NCBI GenBank assembly: GCA_038727515.1
Contig: JAVYVS010000001.1
Location: 320,001 to 384,000, forward strand
Length of the DNA stretch: 64,000 nt
Source: Candidatus Methanomethylicia archaeon
GTDB taxonomy: Archaea > Thermoproteota > Methanomethylicia > Culexarchaeales > Culexarchaeaceae
Direction of reading: 5' to 3'
Shown: positions 41,080 through 51,105 of the stretch, piece after piece
Numbering within the stretch: the first letter of the stretch is position 1
Layout of the letters: every line of letters starts with the position of its first letter
Program-made: the position numbers and the translations under genes
The notes under the pieces: generated by a model
What the model was told of the DNA's origin: nothing
What the model saw: only the letters and a program-made list of their open reading frames with translations
Database searches by the model: none

Positions 41080-42264
41080 TCATTTACCTTTTTGTAGATA
41101 TTTCCCGAAATTAATGAATAATACTAACGCGATGAAATATAGTACAATAGCAACTATAAAGATTATTGATAAACCAAGAGAAGTAATCAATATGGATAAT
41201 ATTACTGGCATAATAATACCAATTAAACTCATTGGCACAAACTCTAAACTATAGGCTGTACCTCTATATTCAGGTTTAACTATACATGCAACAATCGAAC
41301 TTGTAATAGGCATAGTCATACTACTAAAGAAGCCATAGGTAAGATACATTAAAACTATTATGTAAATTGATGGGGAAAATATTATTCCAAAAATGGAGAG
41401 GATTAACATAGATATAATAAATGTAAATGAATTTCTAAGACCAAATTTATCTCCAATAAAACCTCCAACTAAATTACTGATTAACCCTAGAAGTGGACTT
41501 AAACCAAAAATAATACTTGAAATTGCAGGATCCAGCCCTCTCTCATAGGTAAAATAGCTAGTGATGTATGTAGAAATAGATGTGCCGGCGGCATCTCTAA
41601 AAAGCATAATAATTAAGAAGAAGATGAAGACAGAATTTAAAACTTCTTTAAAAGATGATTTAACACTCACCTTAGAATTATCAGATTTACTTTTAATGCC
41701 TTCACTAATACCAAAATCAATTTTAACAATAATAGAAACAATGATAGATATTAGTATTGGGATAATCCAAACTAAATATGCATATTTCCAGCCAAATCGA
41801 TTTAACACTAAGCCAAGGGTTAATGGGCCTATAGCTACACCTAAAGTTCCACTTGCACCATGAAATCCCATACCTCTACTCCTAAAATTTGATGGTAGAA
41901 TATTTGCAGCAGCACTTAAAGCAGGTGGATGATAAAGTGTTGAAGCTATAGAAGTTAATGAAAAACCAAGGACGATGAACTCTATAGAATTTGTAGATAA
42001 AATTATGACTCCAGCTAGAAACTCAAGGAATAAACTTATGGAAATTACCTTTGTAGCACCAAAACGATCAGCAATTAAACCACTTGGAATAGATAAGAGT
42101 AGGGAGGAAAGCCTTGGAATGGCTACAATTAAACTAACAATTAAAAAGGGTAATTCATATTCACTTTTTATTATGGGTATTAAAGCTAGAGGAAGTTCCG
42201 TATAAACATGAAGTAGAGTATGTGAAAAACATAGGAAGACCAGCTTAAATTTGAAATCCCCCAA
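41080..42264 (-). CDS. MFS transporter
   Basis: About 12 hydrophobic helices; GLIADRFG and GFIGDKFG motif A, YHPP. Confidence 0.9.
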   Translation of the reverse strand: MGDFKFKLVFLCFSHTLLHVYTELPLALIPIIKSEYELPFLIVSLIVAIPRLSSLLLSIPSGLIADRFGATKVISISLFLEFLAGVIILSTNSIEFIVLGFSLTSIASTLYHPPALSAAANILPSNFRSRGMGFHGASGTLGVAIGPLTLGLVLNRFGWKYAYLVWIIPILISIIVSIIVKIDFGISEGIKSKSDNSKVSVKSSFKEVLNSVFIFFLIIMLFRDAAGTSISTYITSYFTYERGLDPAISSIIFGLSPLLGLISNLVGGFIGDKFGLRNSFTFIISMLILSIFGIIFSPSIYIIVLMYLTYGFFSSMTMPITSSIVACIVKPEYRGTAYSLEFVPMSLIGIIMPVILSILITSLGLSIIFIVAIVLYFIALVLFINFGKYLQKGK

Positions 42265-42340
42265 TAAGCATCACCATTATAATCACATCTAAAATAGACT
42301 TTATCAATTATGTTGTAAACAAAATAAATTTATCGCAAAA

Positions 42341-42736
42341 TTAGCATTTAGAACTCTCTACAACTTCAAAGTGTACATGCCTACCATCTTTATCAAAAAC
42401 AGCAATGCAATCAACACCATTATAAGGGTATGCAATGATAACCATGATTACACCATACATACCACTATAATCCTCCACGGAGGGTTCTAAAATTCCAGAG
42501 GGATGGGAGTGTAAACTCCCAATTATAGTTAAATCGATTGGTATCATAGAAGGATTAAAACTAACAAAACCTTTACCAAGAGTAGTTAATGGAGGAAATA
42601 AGAATTCATATATTAGAAAGCCATCCCTAAATCTCTTACCCCTCAACAATAGGAATATCTCCCTTGGATGCATATCCCTAGCATATGAAAGGAGAGAGTA
42701 GAGTACATTTTCACAAAAATATATTTTCAAAGGCAT
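42341..42736 (-). CDS. JAMM/MPN+ metalloprotease (desampylase-like)
   Basis: HPRE...HSHPSGILEPSVED JAMM motif; start moved to ATG 42736. Confidence 0.85.
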   Translation of the reverse strand: MPLKIYFCENVLYSLLSYARDMHPREIFLLLRGKRFRDGFLIYEFLFPPLTTLGKGFVSFNPSMIPIDLTIIGSLHSHPSGILEPSVEDYSGMYGVIMVIIAYPYNGVDCIAVFDKDGRHVHFEVVESSKC

Positions 42737-42834
42737 CACCAACAATGAGAAAAAACCGTAAATATATAGACTCAACCAAATATAAACCTTAAATAATTTA
42801 GGTGGAGGTATAAATAAATTATTTTGGTGAATAT

Positions 42835-45054
42835 ATGAAAAACTTGAAAGAAAAGACATTAACACTTCTACTAACCTTAATAATGATTTTAACATTAACA
42901 AAAGCAAGCTTTATTGAACTAAACGTGAAAGCAGAAACACTCACATATTACGCTGAAAAAATTAAATTCCCCCTTCACAGCCTTCCAGAACCAGTTTTAA
43001 ATGGTGGAATTTTCAATGTAACGATTAAAATGGATTCCAATGTTAAATGGATTAAAGCAGAAGTATATAATGAAACACATAGATTAAATGCAAATCTATT
43101 AAAGGCAAACTACATATCTGAAAAAGGTATTTGGCAATTAAGTTTCAAATTAACAAATGAGTATAGTGAAGGTGTATATAATTTAGATTTAATCTATGAG
43201 GGAGGAATATTATCTCAACCTAGATGTCTATGGATACTTCCAGAGTGGCCTGAGAAACTAGACATACTTGCATGTGGAGATGTTAAACCTGAAGGATTAC
43301 CATACTTTTGGGAGATGATGTATGAAGCCAACCTAATAAACCCAGATTTAATAATATTCTTAGGAGACTTAGTAAATGTACCAACAGTAACACTACAATG
43401 GATAAAATTCCTAGAACCATATATGATGTTCAAAGACCCAATGTATGTTACCGCTGGAAACCATGAGTATGAAGATATTGGAAGTGCAAAACTCTATGAA
43501 AATATAATTGGACCATTAAATTACAGTATAACCATAGGAAAATTCCTACTCGTGAGTTTAGACACCGATAAAGATGGATGGGTGAGAATGGAGAGATTAA
43601 AATGGCTTGAAAACATTTTAAAAGAAAACAAAGAGAAAACGAAAATAATATTCTTCCACTTCCCATTATTTACAGAAAAACTAAAGGAGTGGGGAATAGG
43701 ATATTTAAATATAACCTCATGGACAGATATAGACTACTATATAGAAAAAGGATATTTGTTCGGAGACCCATCAGACTATCTTTCATGGAAAGGTCATCCA
43801 AACGAAGCAAAAGAACTATTTAGATTAATAATAGAATACGATGTCAGACTAATACTATCAGAACACATACATTCAGATTTAAATGTAATAGTATTTAATA
43901 ACTCAACTGGAAAGAAACATTACTTCATAACTCCAGCAGCATTGGCATACGACATACCAAATTACGATATAAGAGGTTTCAAACTTATAAGGATATATAG
44001 CAATGGAACAATAGATGAAAATACACTATACAATCCTGGAACAGGATTATTTAAATATCCAAACTCAATACCCATAGACTCTGGAACAACAACATCCTAT
44101 AAACCTAAAACACCATATAAACTCGGCTACCTAGAATACTATTATACACCATCAAATAACGGTTCATCACATGTAGTATCAATAGTAATATCTAATGAAT
44201 TAAATATAACAATAACAAATCCAAGGATAATATTCCAAGTACCAGCAGATATACCAATAACAAAATATAAATGGCATCCCTACCAGCCACAATTCAAATA
44301 TGTGGAAAAAGATGGGAAATACTATATAATACTAACAAATATAACTATTCCAGCAAAAAGTAGAATGTACTTTACAATTGAAAGCATAGAAGATAAAGAT
44401 ACACCACAAATAAAATTTGTAAATATACCGCAAAATATAGACAAGAATAAATGGGTTAAAATAACTATTGAAGCATTTGATAGTGGATGGGGAGTAAAAG
44501 AAGTAGAGGTAGAATATAAAACAAGCGAGGGAAACTGGCAGAAAACAAACATAATTGACTTAGTAAAAGCCGAAAATGGGAGAATAACATATGATGTATG
44601 GATACCACCCATACCAATAGATACAATAATGACACTAAAAGCCACAGTTATAGATCTCTCTGGAAAAACTGCGGAGACAACTACAAATGTAATTGTTGGA
44701 CAACCAAAACCGAAATACACATTAAAAATACTATCATCACCAATAGAAGGATTAACGGTAACTATCAATGGAACAACTGTAACAACACCTTACACAGCAA
44801 CATTAGAAGAAGCAAAATACATAATAACAATACCACAAGAATTAACCATTGCAGGAAAACAATATAAATTTGAGAAATGGAGTGATGGAAATACTCAAAC
44901 CACTAGAACAATAGTATTAAATCAAAATCAAACATTAACCATATACTACACATCAATAGAACCAACACAAATACCGTCAATAACCTACATAGCAATACCA
45001 TTAGTCATCATAATAATAGCACTAGTAATTATCGTAAAGATTAGGAAAACATAG
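42835..45054 (+). CDS. Secreted, C-terminally membrane-anchored calcineurin-like metallophosphoesterase with beta-rich extracellular domains
   Basis: Signal peptide, GDL, GNHE, HFP, HIH motifs, Thr-rich beta domains, C-terminal TM followed by KIRKT. Confidence 0.8.
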   Translation: MKNLKEKTLTLLLTLIMILTLTKASFIELNVKAETLTYYAEKIKFPLHSLPEPVLNGGIFNVTIKMDSNVKWIKAEVYNETHRLNANLLKANYISEKGIWQLSFKLTNEYSEGVYNLDLIYEGGILSQPRCLWILPEWPEKLDILACGDVKPEGLPYFWEMMYEANLINPDLIIFLGDLVNVPTVTLQWIKFLEPYMMFKDPMYVTAGNHEYEDIGSAKLYENIIGPLNYSITIGKFLLVSLDTDKDGWVRMERLKWLENILKENKEKTKIIFFHFPLFTEKLKEWGIGYLNITSWTDIDYYIEKGYLFGDPSDYLSWKGHPNEAKELFRLIIEYDVRLILSEHIHSDLNVIVFNNSTGKKHYFITPAALAYDIPNYDIRGFKLIRIYSNGTIDENTLYNPGTGLFKYPNSIPIDSGTTTSYKPKTPYKLGYLEYYYTPSNNGSSHVVSIVISNELNITITNPRIIFQVPADIPITKYKWHPYQPQFKYVEKDGKYYIILTNITIPAKSRMYFTIESIEDKDTPQIKFVNIPQNIDKNKWVKITIEAFDSGWGVKEVEVEYKTSEGNWQKTNIIDLVKAENGRITYDVWIPPIPIDTIMTLKATVIDLSGKTAETTTNVIVGQPKPKYTLKILSSPIEGLTVTINGTTVTTPYTATLEEAKYIITIPQELTIAGKQYKFEKWSDGNTQTTRTIVLNQNQTLTIYYTSIEPTQIPSITYIAIPLVIIIIALVIIVKIRKT

Positions 45055-45155
45055 ACCATAAAATTGAATTCAATATTTTAAAACATACTCCTTTTTATGT
45101 TTTTATGGGAGTATTGTAGTTAAAAATAATTGGCAGGTTTCATAAAATATTTACT

Positions 45156-45965
45156 GTGAATAAAATAAAAATAATTGTTGCACCAAATTTAAAGCTACCA
45201 AATCTTGAAGTATCAAGTCGAATAATTGAAGATTCAGAATATAACACACTATTAGTGAATATTTATGAGGAAATTGAACCTCAAGTAAAAGCTTTATCAG
45301 ATGGAAAAATAACTTTCAAAGATTTTATAGATAGAATCTCAAAGATTAAATTCATGATTCACCCCATAGGAAGCTGGTTATACCCAATAGAACCAATAAT
45401 AAGAAGTTTAGAGGGAATTAAAAGAAAAAGGAGAATTGAAGTATATTGTTATAAAAATTTAGAATATGAGAAACGCCTCCACGAAATAACAACGGAAATA
45501 TCCATATTAATAGCTAAAAGTAAAATTTTTGGAAAAATAAATGTTAAAGAATGGAAGAAGAAATTGATGGATAGAATAATTTTGAAGGATGAAGCTTTGA
45601 GGGTTGAAGCAAATAGAATTCATATAAAAGCTGATGGGATAAGCCTATGCATATCAAATCTTTCAGGATATAAACTTGGTGAAATACTTTCTAAGATGGG
45701 TGATGAAGTAGAGGTAGAAGAAGTTATGGATGAATATTATCCAACACCATTAGAAGAATTGGAAATGAAGATTAGGGATGGCAGAGTAGGTGATAAGGAG
45801 GTGGAGGAAGGTGTAAAGAAACATTTAGAATACATAGAGAAATATGTTTTAACTAGTGAAAATATAGATCAAGCGTATTATCGATGGTTGTATGATAATT
45901 ATCCACAGATTAGAGGTAAAATAGATTTAAATGAATTAAACCTCTTAAATAAATTCAAAAAGTAA
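45156..45965 (+). CDS. Hypothetical protein
   Basis: 269-aa ORF filling the gap, host-like composition; no motif recognised. Confidence 0.6.
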   Translation: MNKIKIIVAPNLKLPNLEVSSRIIEDSEYNTLLVNIYEEIEPQVKALSDGKITFKDFIDRISKIKFMIHPIGSWLYPIEPIIRSLEGIKRKRRIEVYCYKNLEYEKRLHEITTEISILIAKSKIFGKINVKEWKKKLMDRIILKDEALRVEANRIHIKADGISLCISNLSGYKLGEILSKMGDEVEVEEVMDEYYPTPLEELEMKIRDGRVGDKEVEEGVKKHLEYIEKYVLTSENIDQAYYRWLYDNYPQIRGKIDLNELNLLNKFKK

Positions 45966-45966
45966 A

Positions 45967-47016
45967 TTAACCATAATATCTACCCACTATAGGTATCTTT
46001 TCACCACATTTTGGACAAGTATTATCTGGACCTAGATTATATTCAATAATTGAAAATACATATCTCTTAATTAACAATGTGGAACATTTTGGGCAATAAG
46101 TATTTTCCTTATCATGACCTGGAACATTACCAATATAAACATAGTTTAAACCTTCATCATAACCAATTCTCCATGCTTTCTCTAAAATTTCCACTGGAGT
46201 TCTAGAGGGATATAAACCATATTCCAATGCCTTATATGCAGGATAATATTGTGTAACATGCCAAGGAGTATCTTCTCCAAGTTCACGTTTAATTCTACCC
46301 GCAATACCCCTAAGGCAATCTTCATCATCATTAACTCCAGGTATAATTAATGTGGTTATTTCCACGTGAACACCACGCTTCTTAAATTCAATACAATTCC
46401 TCCAAACTTTCTCAACATCAGCACCACAATACTTTAATACAGCTTCATAATCACCCTTAATATCAACATTAACCGCATCCAATCCACTATCACAAAGAAG
46501 TTTTAAAGCTTCAAGACTCATATAACCATTAGTTACAAAGGTATTATAATATCCACGATTCTTAGCAAGTTTAAAAACATCAATTGAATATTCAAGGAAT
46601 AATGTTGGTTCATTAAAGGACATGCTTGTCCCAATACAATCATACCTATCAATCATATCAACAAATCTCTCAGGTGAAATATAATTACTCCACCTTAAAT
46701 CTGGAGGAAATTTACTTATCATATAATTTTGACACCATGGACATGTGAAATTACAAGACCAACTACCCATAGTTAAAGCATAACTGCCAGGGTAGAAATG
46801 AAATAATGGCTTTTTCTCAATGGGATTTGCACTAATTGAAGATACATCACCATATATTAAGGTATAGAATTTACCATTCAAATTCAATCTAGTTTTACAA
46901 AAACCTTTAGAATTATTTTCAACTATACAAAATCTTTCACAGGTTTTACATTTAACATCTCCATTAAGTTTATCATATAATAGTGCTTCTCTAAAACATG
47001 GATTTCCCCTAAACAT
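45967..47016 (-). CDS. amrS: AmmeMemoRadiSam-system radical SAM enzyme
   Basis: N-terminal CxxC..C, PIEKKPLFHFYPG, CNFTCPWCQN, YIGNVPG, C-terminal CPxC...CPxCG. Confidence 0.9.
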   Translation of the reverse strand: MFRGNPCFREALLYDKLNGDVKCKTCERFCIVENNSKGFCKTRLNLNGKFYTLIYGDVSSISANPIEKKPLFHFYPGSYALTMGSWSCNFTCPWCQNYMISKFPPDLRWSNYISPERFVDMIDRYDCIGTSMSFNEPTLFLEYSIDVFKLAKNRGYYNTFVTNGYMSLEALKLLCDSGLDAVNVDIKGDYEAVLKYCGADVEKVWRNCIEFKKRGVHVEITTLIIPGVNDDEDCLRGIAGRIKRELGEDTPWHVTQYYPAYKALEYGLYPSRTPVEILEKAWRIGYDEGLNYVYIGNVPGHDKENTYCPKCSTLLIKRYVFSIIEYNLGPDNTCPKCGEKIPIVGRYYG

Positions 47017-47025
47017 GATGGATCA

Positions 47026-48822
47026 CTAGAGAATCTTACGTAAATTTTCGATTAATATTTCTTCATTATTTGGAGTTTTAATAAATAAAGCAACATTCTT
47101 CCTTCTAGTTGCTTTATGTGATATAAAGAGCCATTCACCAGTATCCAATTGTGCGGTTTTATCAAGGATTTCAGGGCTAATCCCCGAAGCATCAGCAATA
47201 ACATGTCTATCATAACTTCTAGGAAGAGTTCCAGCATAATAACTATGTAATTGCTGTATAGCATTAACATTTAATCTAGCAACCCTCTGAGTACTAATCC
47301 AACCGTGAATCCTATACTTCCTACCCTGCCTTAAAAGTCTTTCAACATCAACATTAGATTGAAAAGTTAAATCCTCCTTTCTAACTTCATCTGGAATGAA
47401 TTCTTGTGCTTCATCTAAAACAATCAAAACCCTAGGACCACCAAAACTCTTCTTCCTCAAGGAGAAGAGAGCACCAATAAACTTAGATGTAAAATCTCTA
47501 GCTTGCATTGGATCTGGAACATATGCTACCATAAGCTTACAATTACCCTCCATAACCAATTTAGCAATATCCCAAGGGGAATATCCATAACCAAAATCTT
47601 CTCCACCAACATTAATGAGTTTATCTCTAAAGATCTCTAAAATACCATTAAACTTAGTTCTAGATCTACTGGCATCTAATCTAGCTAGAACATCATCAAT
47701 CATTCTAATAATACTATTTTTAACCTCTCTATACTCATCTTTAACAGCAATCTCATGAAAACTAATATCTTGAGGGAGTTTACTAGTTAATGTAATTAAC
47801 TTGGAATACATTTCTGAAGCTAGAAGCTTTGTAAGTTGATTTTGATCATTCCTCAAATCATCTATTAACTCAACCATATAACTAAGCTTATCACTTTTAC
47901 GTTCACCCAAATCTATTTTACAAATCCTATTACTACCAATTAAATTTAGAATCTGGTATTCTAAAGACTCCCTTATACCACTATTCCCAAACAATTTATC
48001 TTCTAAACTTTCAGGAATTACTTGTGATGCAAGAAATGATTCTACAGCATCATCGCTTCCAATAAAATCTTCAGTGGAAAATATCATGCCATTCTTAATG
48101 ATCTCATCAAGAAGATTAATACTATATTCCCCAGCAACATCAATTATAAATATTGAAGTATTCCTAAGATTATTTAAAACCTTCCTGATAATTAGAGAAG
48201 TTAAATTAGATTTACCACAACCAGTAAATCCAAAAACACCACCATGAAACTTTATTAAATTCAATAAATCAATCTTCAATGTATGTTGAAAACCAATAAG
48301 TTCACCAAGTTCAACGCCACCTTCAACATTAACGAGTCTATCGATAGCCCATGAAGATAATAGATGAGCTCTAGCACCTACAAGAGGCATAATATTGGGA
48401 TCATATTTAAACTCTACATCCCCATCACGAATACACATAACATAACCAGTATATACACTACCAATATCAATCCAAGTATCTTCAGAATCCCCCCACATAG
48501 AGTAAATCTTCAATAGAAAATCATCCCTTAAAGCTTTAGGCATACTAACATCCATTGAAAGCTCTTGTATATGTAAAGGTCTAACACTAAAAGTCTCATA
48601 TATAAGGTAATCAACTCTATCCTCAGTAGGTCTTTCCACAGCAATAAAAGAAGGTTTAGAAAGTCTATCAAGAACCGCTAAATTAAAGGATGCTTCAAAA
48701 ATCCCAATAATACTCTTTAAAACAATCTTACCCTCTTCATAAGAGGTCTTTATAGAGGTTTCCCTAAGTCTAGCATTAAATGCACCATTAAGATCATTAA
48801 ACCAAGGATTATCCAAACTCAT
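47026..48822 (-). CDS. HerA/FtsK-family ATPase (DUF87)
   Basis: GFTGCGKSN Walker A, IDVAGEY, LDEAQEF Walker B, RQGRKY, STQR; start moved to ATG 48822. Confidence 0.85.
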   Translation of the reverse strand: MSLDNPWFNDLNGAFNARLRETSIKTSYEEGKIVLKSIIGIFEASFNLAVLDRLSKPSFIAVERPTEDRVDYLIYETFSVRPLHIQELSMDVSMPKALRDDFLLKIYSMWGDSEDTWIDIGSVYTGYVMCIRDGDVEFKYDPNIMPLVGARAHLLSSWAIDRLVNVEGGVELGELIGFQHTLKIDLLNLIKFHGGVFGFTGCGKSNLTSLIIRKVLNNLRNTSIFIIDVAGEYSINLLDEIIKNGMIFSTEDFIGSDDAVESFLASQVIPESLEDKLFGNSGIRESLEYQILNLIGSNRICKIDLGERKSDKLSYMVELIDDLRNDQNQLTKLLASEMYSKLITLTSKLPQDISFHEIAVKDEYREVKNSIIRMIDDVLARLDASRSRTKFNGILEIFRDKLINVGGEDFGYGYSPWDIAKLVMEGNCKLMVAYVPDPMQARDFTSKFIGALFSLRKKSFGGPRVLIVLDEAQEFIPDEVRKEDLTFQSNVDVERLLRQGRKYRIHGWISTQRVARLNVNAIQQLHSYYAGTLPRSYDRHVIADASGISPEILDKTAQLDTGEWLFISHKATRRKNVALFIKTPNNEEILIENLRKIL

Positions 48823-48885
48823 TAAATAAACCCAAATAATAATCAATACACAATGAAAAATATTTTTTATGTTTAAAATCATAAA

Positions 48886-49185
48886 TTAATATCTAATTCG
48901 AAAATCTTTAAACTCCCCCTTATAATCTTCCCAAATAACTTCCACACGATCTACACGGGCAAGTGGAGGACCTTCATGAGCCCATTCAATAACTCTTTTA
49001 ACAGCATCTTCAGGACCCTCAAGAACGGCTTCAACTCTACCATCAGAAGTATTCCTAACCCAACCACAAACTCCAAAACGAGAAGCTACAAAACGCATAT
49101 TAGATCTAAAAAATACACCTTGAACTCTACCAGAAATAAATATGTGAGCTCTAACCATCTTAACAGAAGACAGAAGTACCACCAA
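48886..49185 (-). CDS. acyP: Acylphosphatase
   Basis: [26 protein letters not shown]. Confidence 0.95.
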   Translation of the reverse strand: MVVLLSSVKMVRAHIFISGRVQGVFFRSNMRFVASRFGVCGWVRNTSDGRVEAVLEGPEDAVKRVIEWAHEGPPLARVDRVEVIWEDYKGEFKDFRIRY

Positions 49186-49280
49186 AACAAAATGTGAAAT
49201 TTAATGAAATAAACTTAACCACTAGTAACTAAAAACGAAATCCTATATATTATTAAAGCTAAGATATTGTTGGTGGAAAA

Positions 49281-51098
49281 TTGAATCTAAGTGAAGAAAC
49301 AAAGCAGTTAAGGAATTCCCTAAATCATTTAGTGAGAATATTTGAAAATAGAATAAGGGATATCAGTAGAATATCGTATTATGGAGAATTCATAAGGGAA
49401 TATAGAAGTGAAGGAATATATGAAAAGTTTAAGGAATTCTTTGGAGAAGGAGAATTTAAAATTCTGGGGATAGATGGCTCACTCACACAAGAAAGAAGAA
49501 TTGAAATGTTAATATTCTATGTTTGCGCAGTTGGATTTTATGGTAAACTTACCATTAAAAATTCAGAGGTAAAAATAGATGTTAGTAGAGCAGCTGAAGA
49601 AGCAACAGTAAATCTATCAACAAGCATACCATTATGGCTTGAAGATATATCAAATATAGATCCAAACTTTGAATACATCTTAAACGATTTTGAATTAATA
49701 AAAACAATAGATAGCATACCATACGCGCTAATGACAATGAGTGAACTAAAATTGGCATATGACCAATTAAATTCAGAAGAAGTCAAAGTAGTAGTATTAG
49801 ATAGAATGCTATCTGGAACTTATGGTCCAGCTGCAAGAGACTTTAGAAATTTAGTAAAGAGAAATAAATCGGTGATATGTAAAATAGAAACCCCATATGG
49901 CAATCCAACAATGCTAGACATAAATTTAGCTGGATACATAGGTCCAGGAGGAATTTACATACCATGTAGAGATCCATACCTACCATATTTTGCAATAAAA
50001 AGATTAATTGAAAAAATGCAAAAGGGGGAAGAGAAATTTAAAAAGAGAGATCTACCAAGGATTTTAGATTTAAATGAAAGTTTAACTAAAGAAGCTCTAA
50101 AAGACATATTGAAACTAAATGTTAAGTATAATGGTATCCTATTAAATGATGAAGGAGAATATATAACGTTAAATAAAGATGTAATGAATTATTGGAATAG
50201 AGTATGGTATGCTACAGAAAAACTATTAAACAAGATATATAACTCTAGAGAGAAGCATCCTCTAACAATAGATGAAGAGGAATGGATGACGACACTAGAC
50301 TTAAACACAATAAACCTATACATACTATACTCTATAATAGATAAAGCAGTAAAAGATGGAAAACTATTAATTGGAATAGTTAAGGATACCAATTCAACAG
50401 ATCTCATGAGATCGATGATACCATACATATTAACCAATAAAAATGAGTTAATGCTACCACCAAGATTTAGAAGTGATAAAGCGCTTCTCTCACTTATAAG
50501 CGCTATAAATTATAGAAGTATAAAAGTTCCATGGAGAACAATAGAATATGATTCATTCATGGCAACCATAATACAAGAGGAATTAGATGAAGCATTAGAA
50601 GCAGCATTTAAAGCTGCAAGAGAAATTATTGGAAGAGAGCAATTCACGTTAAAGGGATACTTCCAATTAAGATCATTAAGAGAAGATCCATCGATAAGAA
50701 GCAATATATTTGCATATGATAGACCAATATACCCAAAATATGATTACAAAATGATTAAAAAAGTGGAATGCATACAATTTGGAGAGAAGATATCTGCTGA
50801 ACCAATAATAGAATTGAAAAATGATGAAAACATTATTGGAGATATAATACTACATATATTATACAATTCTGATAATCCAAATGTACTTGAAGAAATGGGC
50901 CATAACCATCTACTATTTCTAGCAGATAAAATGGCTAAGATTATGAGTAGAAATGCTTCAAAAATAATATCTGGATTAACAAGTCTAGATCTTATGACGA
51001 CAACAAAGAAGTATAAGGCATATTTCATAGCTAGAAGATTTAGAGATATGAGGAGTGAAATAGAACATTTAAGAGAAATGAAAGCAAAACAAATCTAA
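49281..51098 (+). CDS. NurA-like nuclease, unusually long
   Basis: GIDGS, MSE, VLDRML, IGIVKD, GHNHLLFLADKMAK follow NurA RNase-H-fold motif order. Confidence 0.75.
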   Translation: MNLSEETKQLRNSLNHLVRIFENRIRDISRISYYGEFIREYRSEGIYEKFKEFFGEGEFKILGIDGSLTQERRIEMLIFYVCAVGFYGKLTIKNSEVKIDVSRAAEEATVNLSTSIPLWLEDISNIDPNFEYILNDFELIKTIDSIPYALMTMSELKLAYDQLNSEEVKVVVLDRMLSGTYGPAARDFRNLVKRNKSVICKIETPYGNPTMLDINLAGYIGPGGIYIPCRDPYLPYFAIKRLIEKMQKGEEKFKKRDLPRILDLNESLTKEALKDILKLNVKYNGILLNDEGEYITLNKDVMNYWNRVWYATEKLLNKIYNSREKHPLTIDEEEWMTTLDLNTINLYILYSIIDKAVKDGKLLIGIVKDTNSTDLMRSMIPYILTNKNELMLPPRFRSDKALLSLISAINYRSIKVPWRTIEYDSFMATIIQEELDEALEAAFKAAREIIGREQFTLKGYFQLRSLREDPSIRSNIFAYDRPIYPKYDYKMIKKVECIQFGEKISAEPIIELKNDENIIGDIILHILYNSDNPNVLEEMGHNHLLFLADKMAKIMSRNASKIISGLTSLDLMTTTKKYKAYFIARRFRDMRSEIEHLREMKAKQI

Positions 51099-51105
51099 GA
51101 AGAAA

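Noticed and set aside
11390-42320. Recurring GTAAAC/GTTAAC/TTTACA-like words in several intergenic regions as a shared operator
   Set aside because: Short, variable and inconsistently positioned; cannot be separated from background without motif statistics
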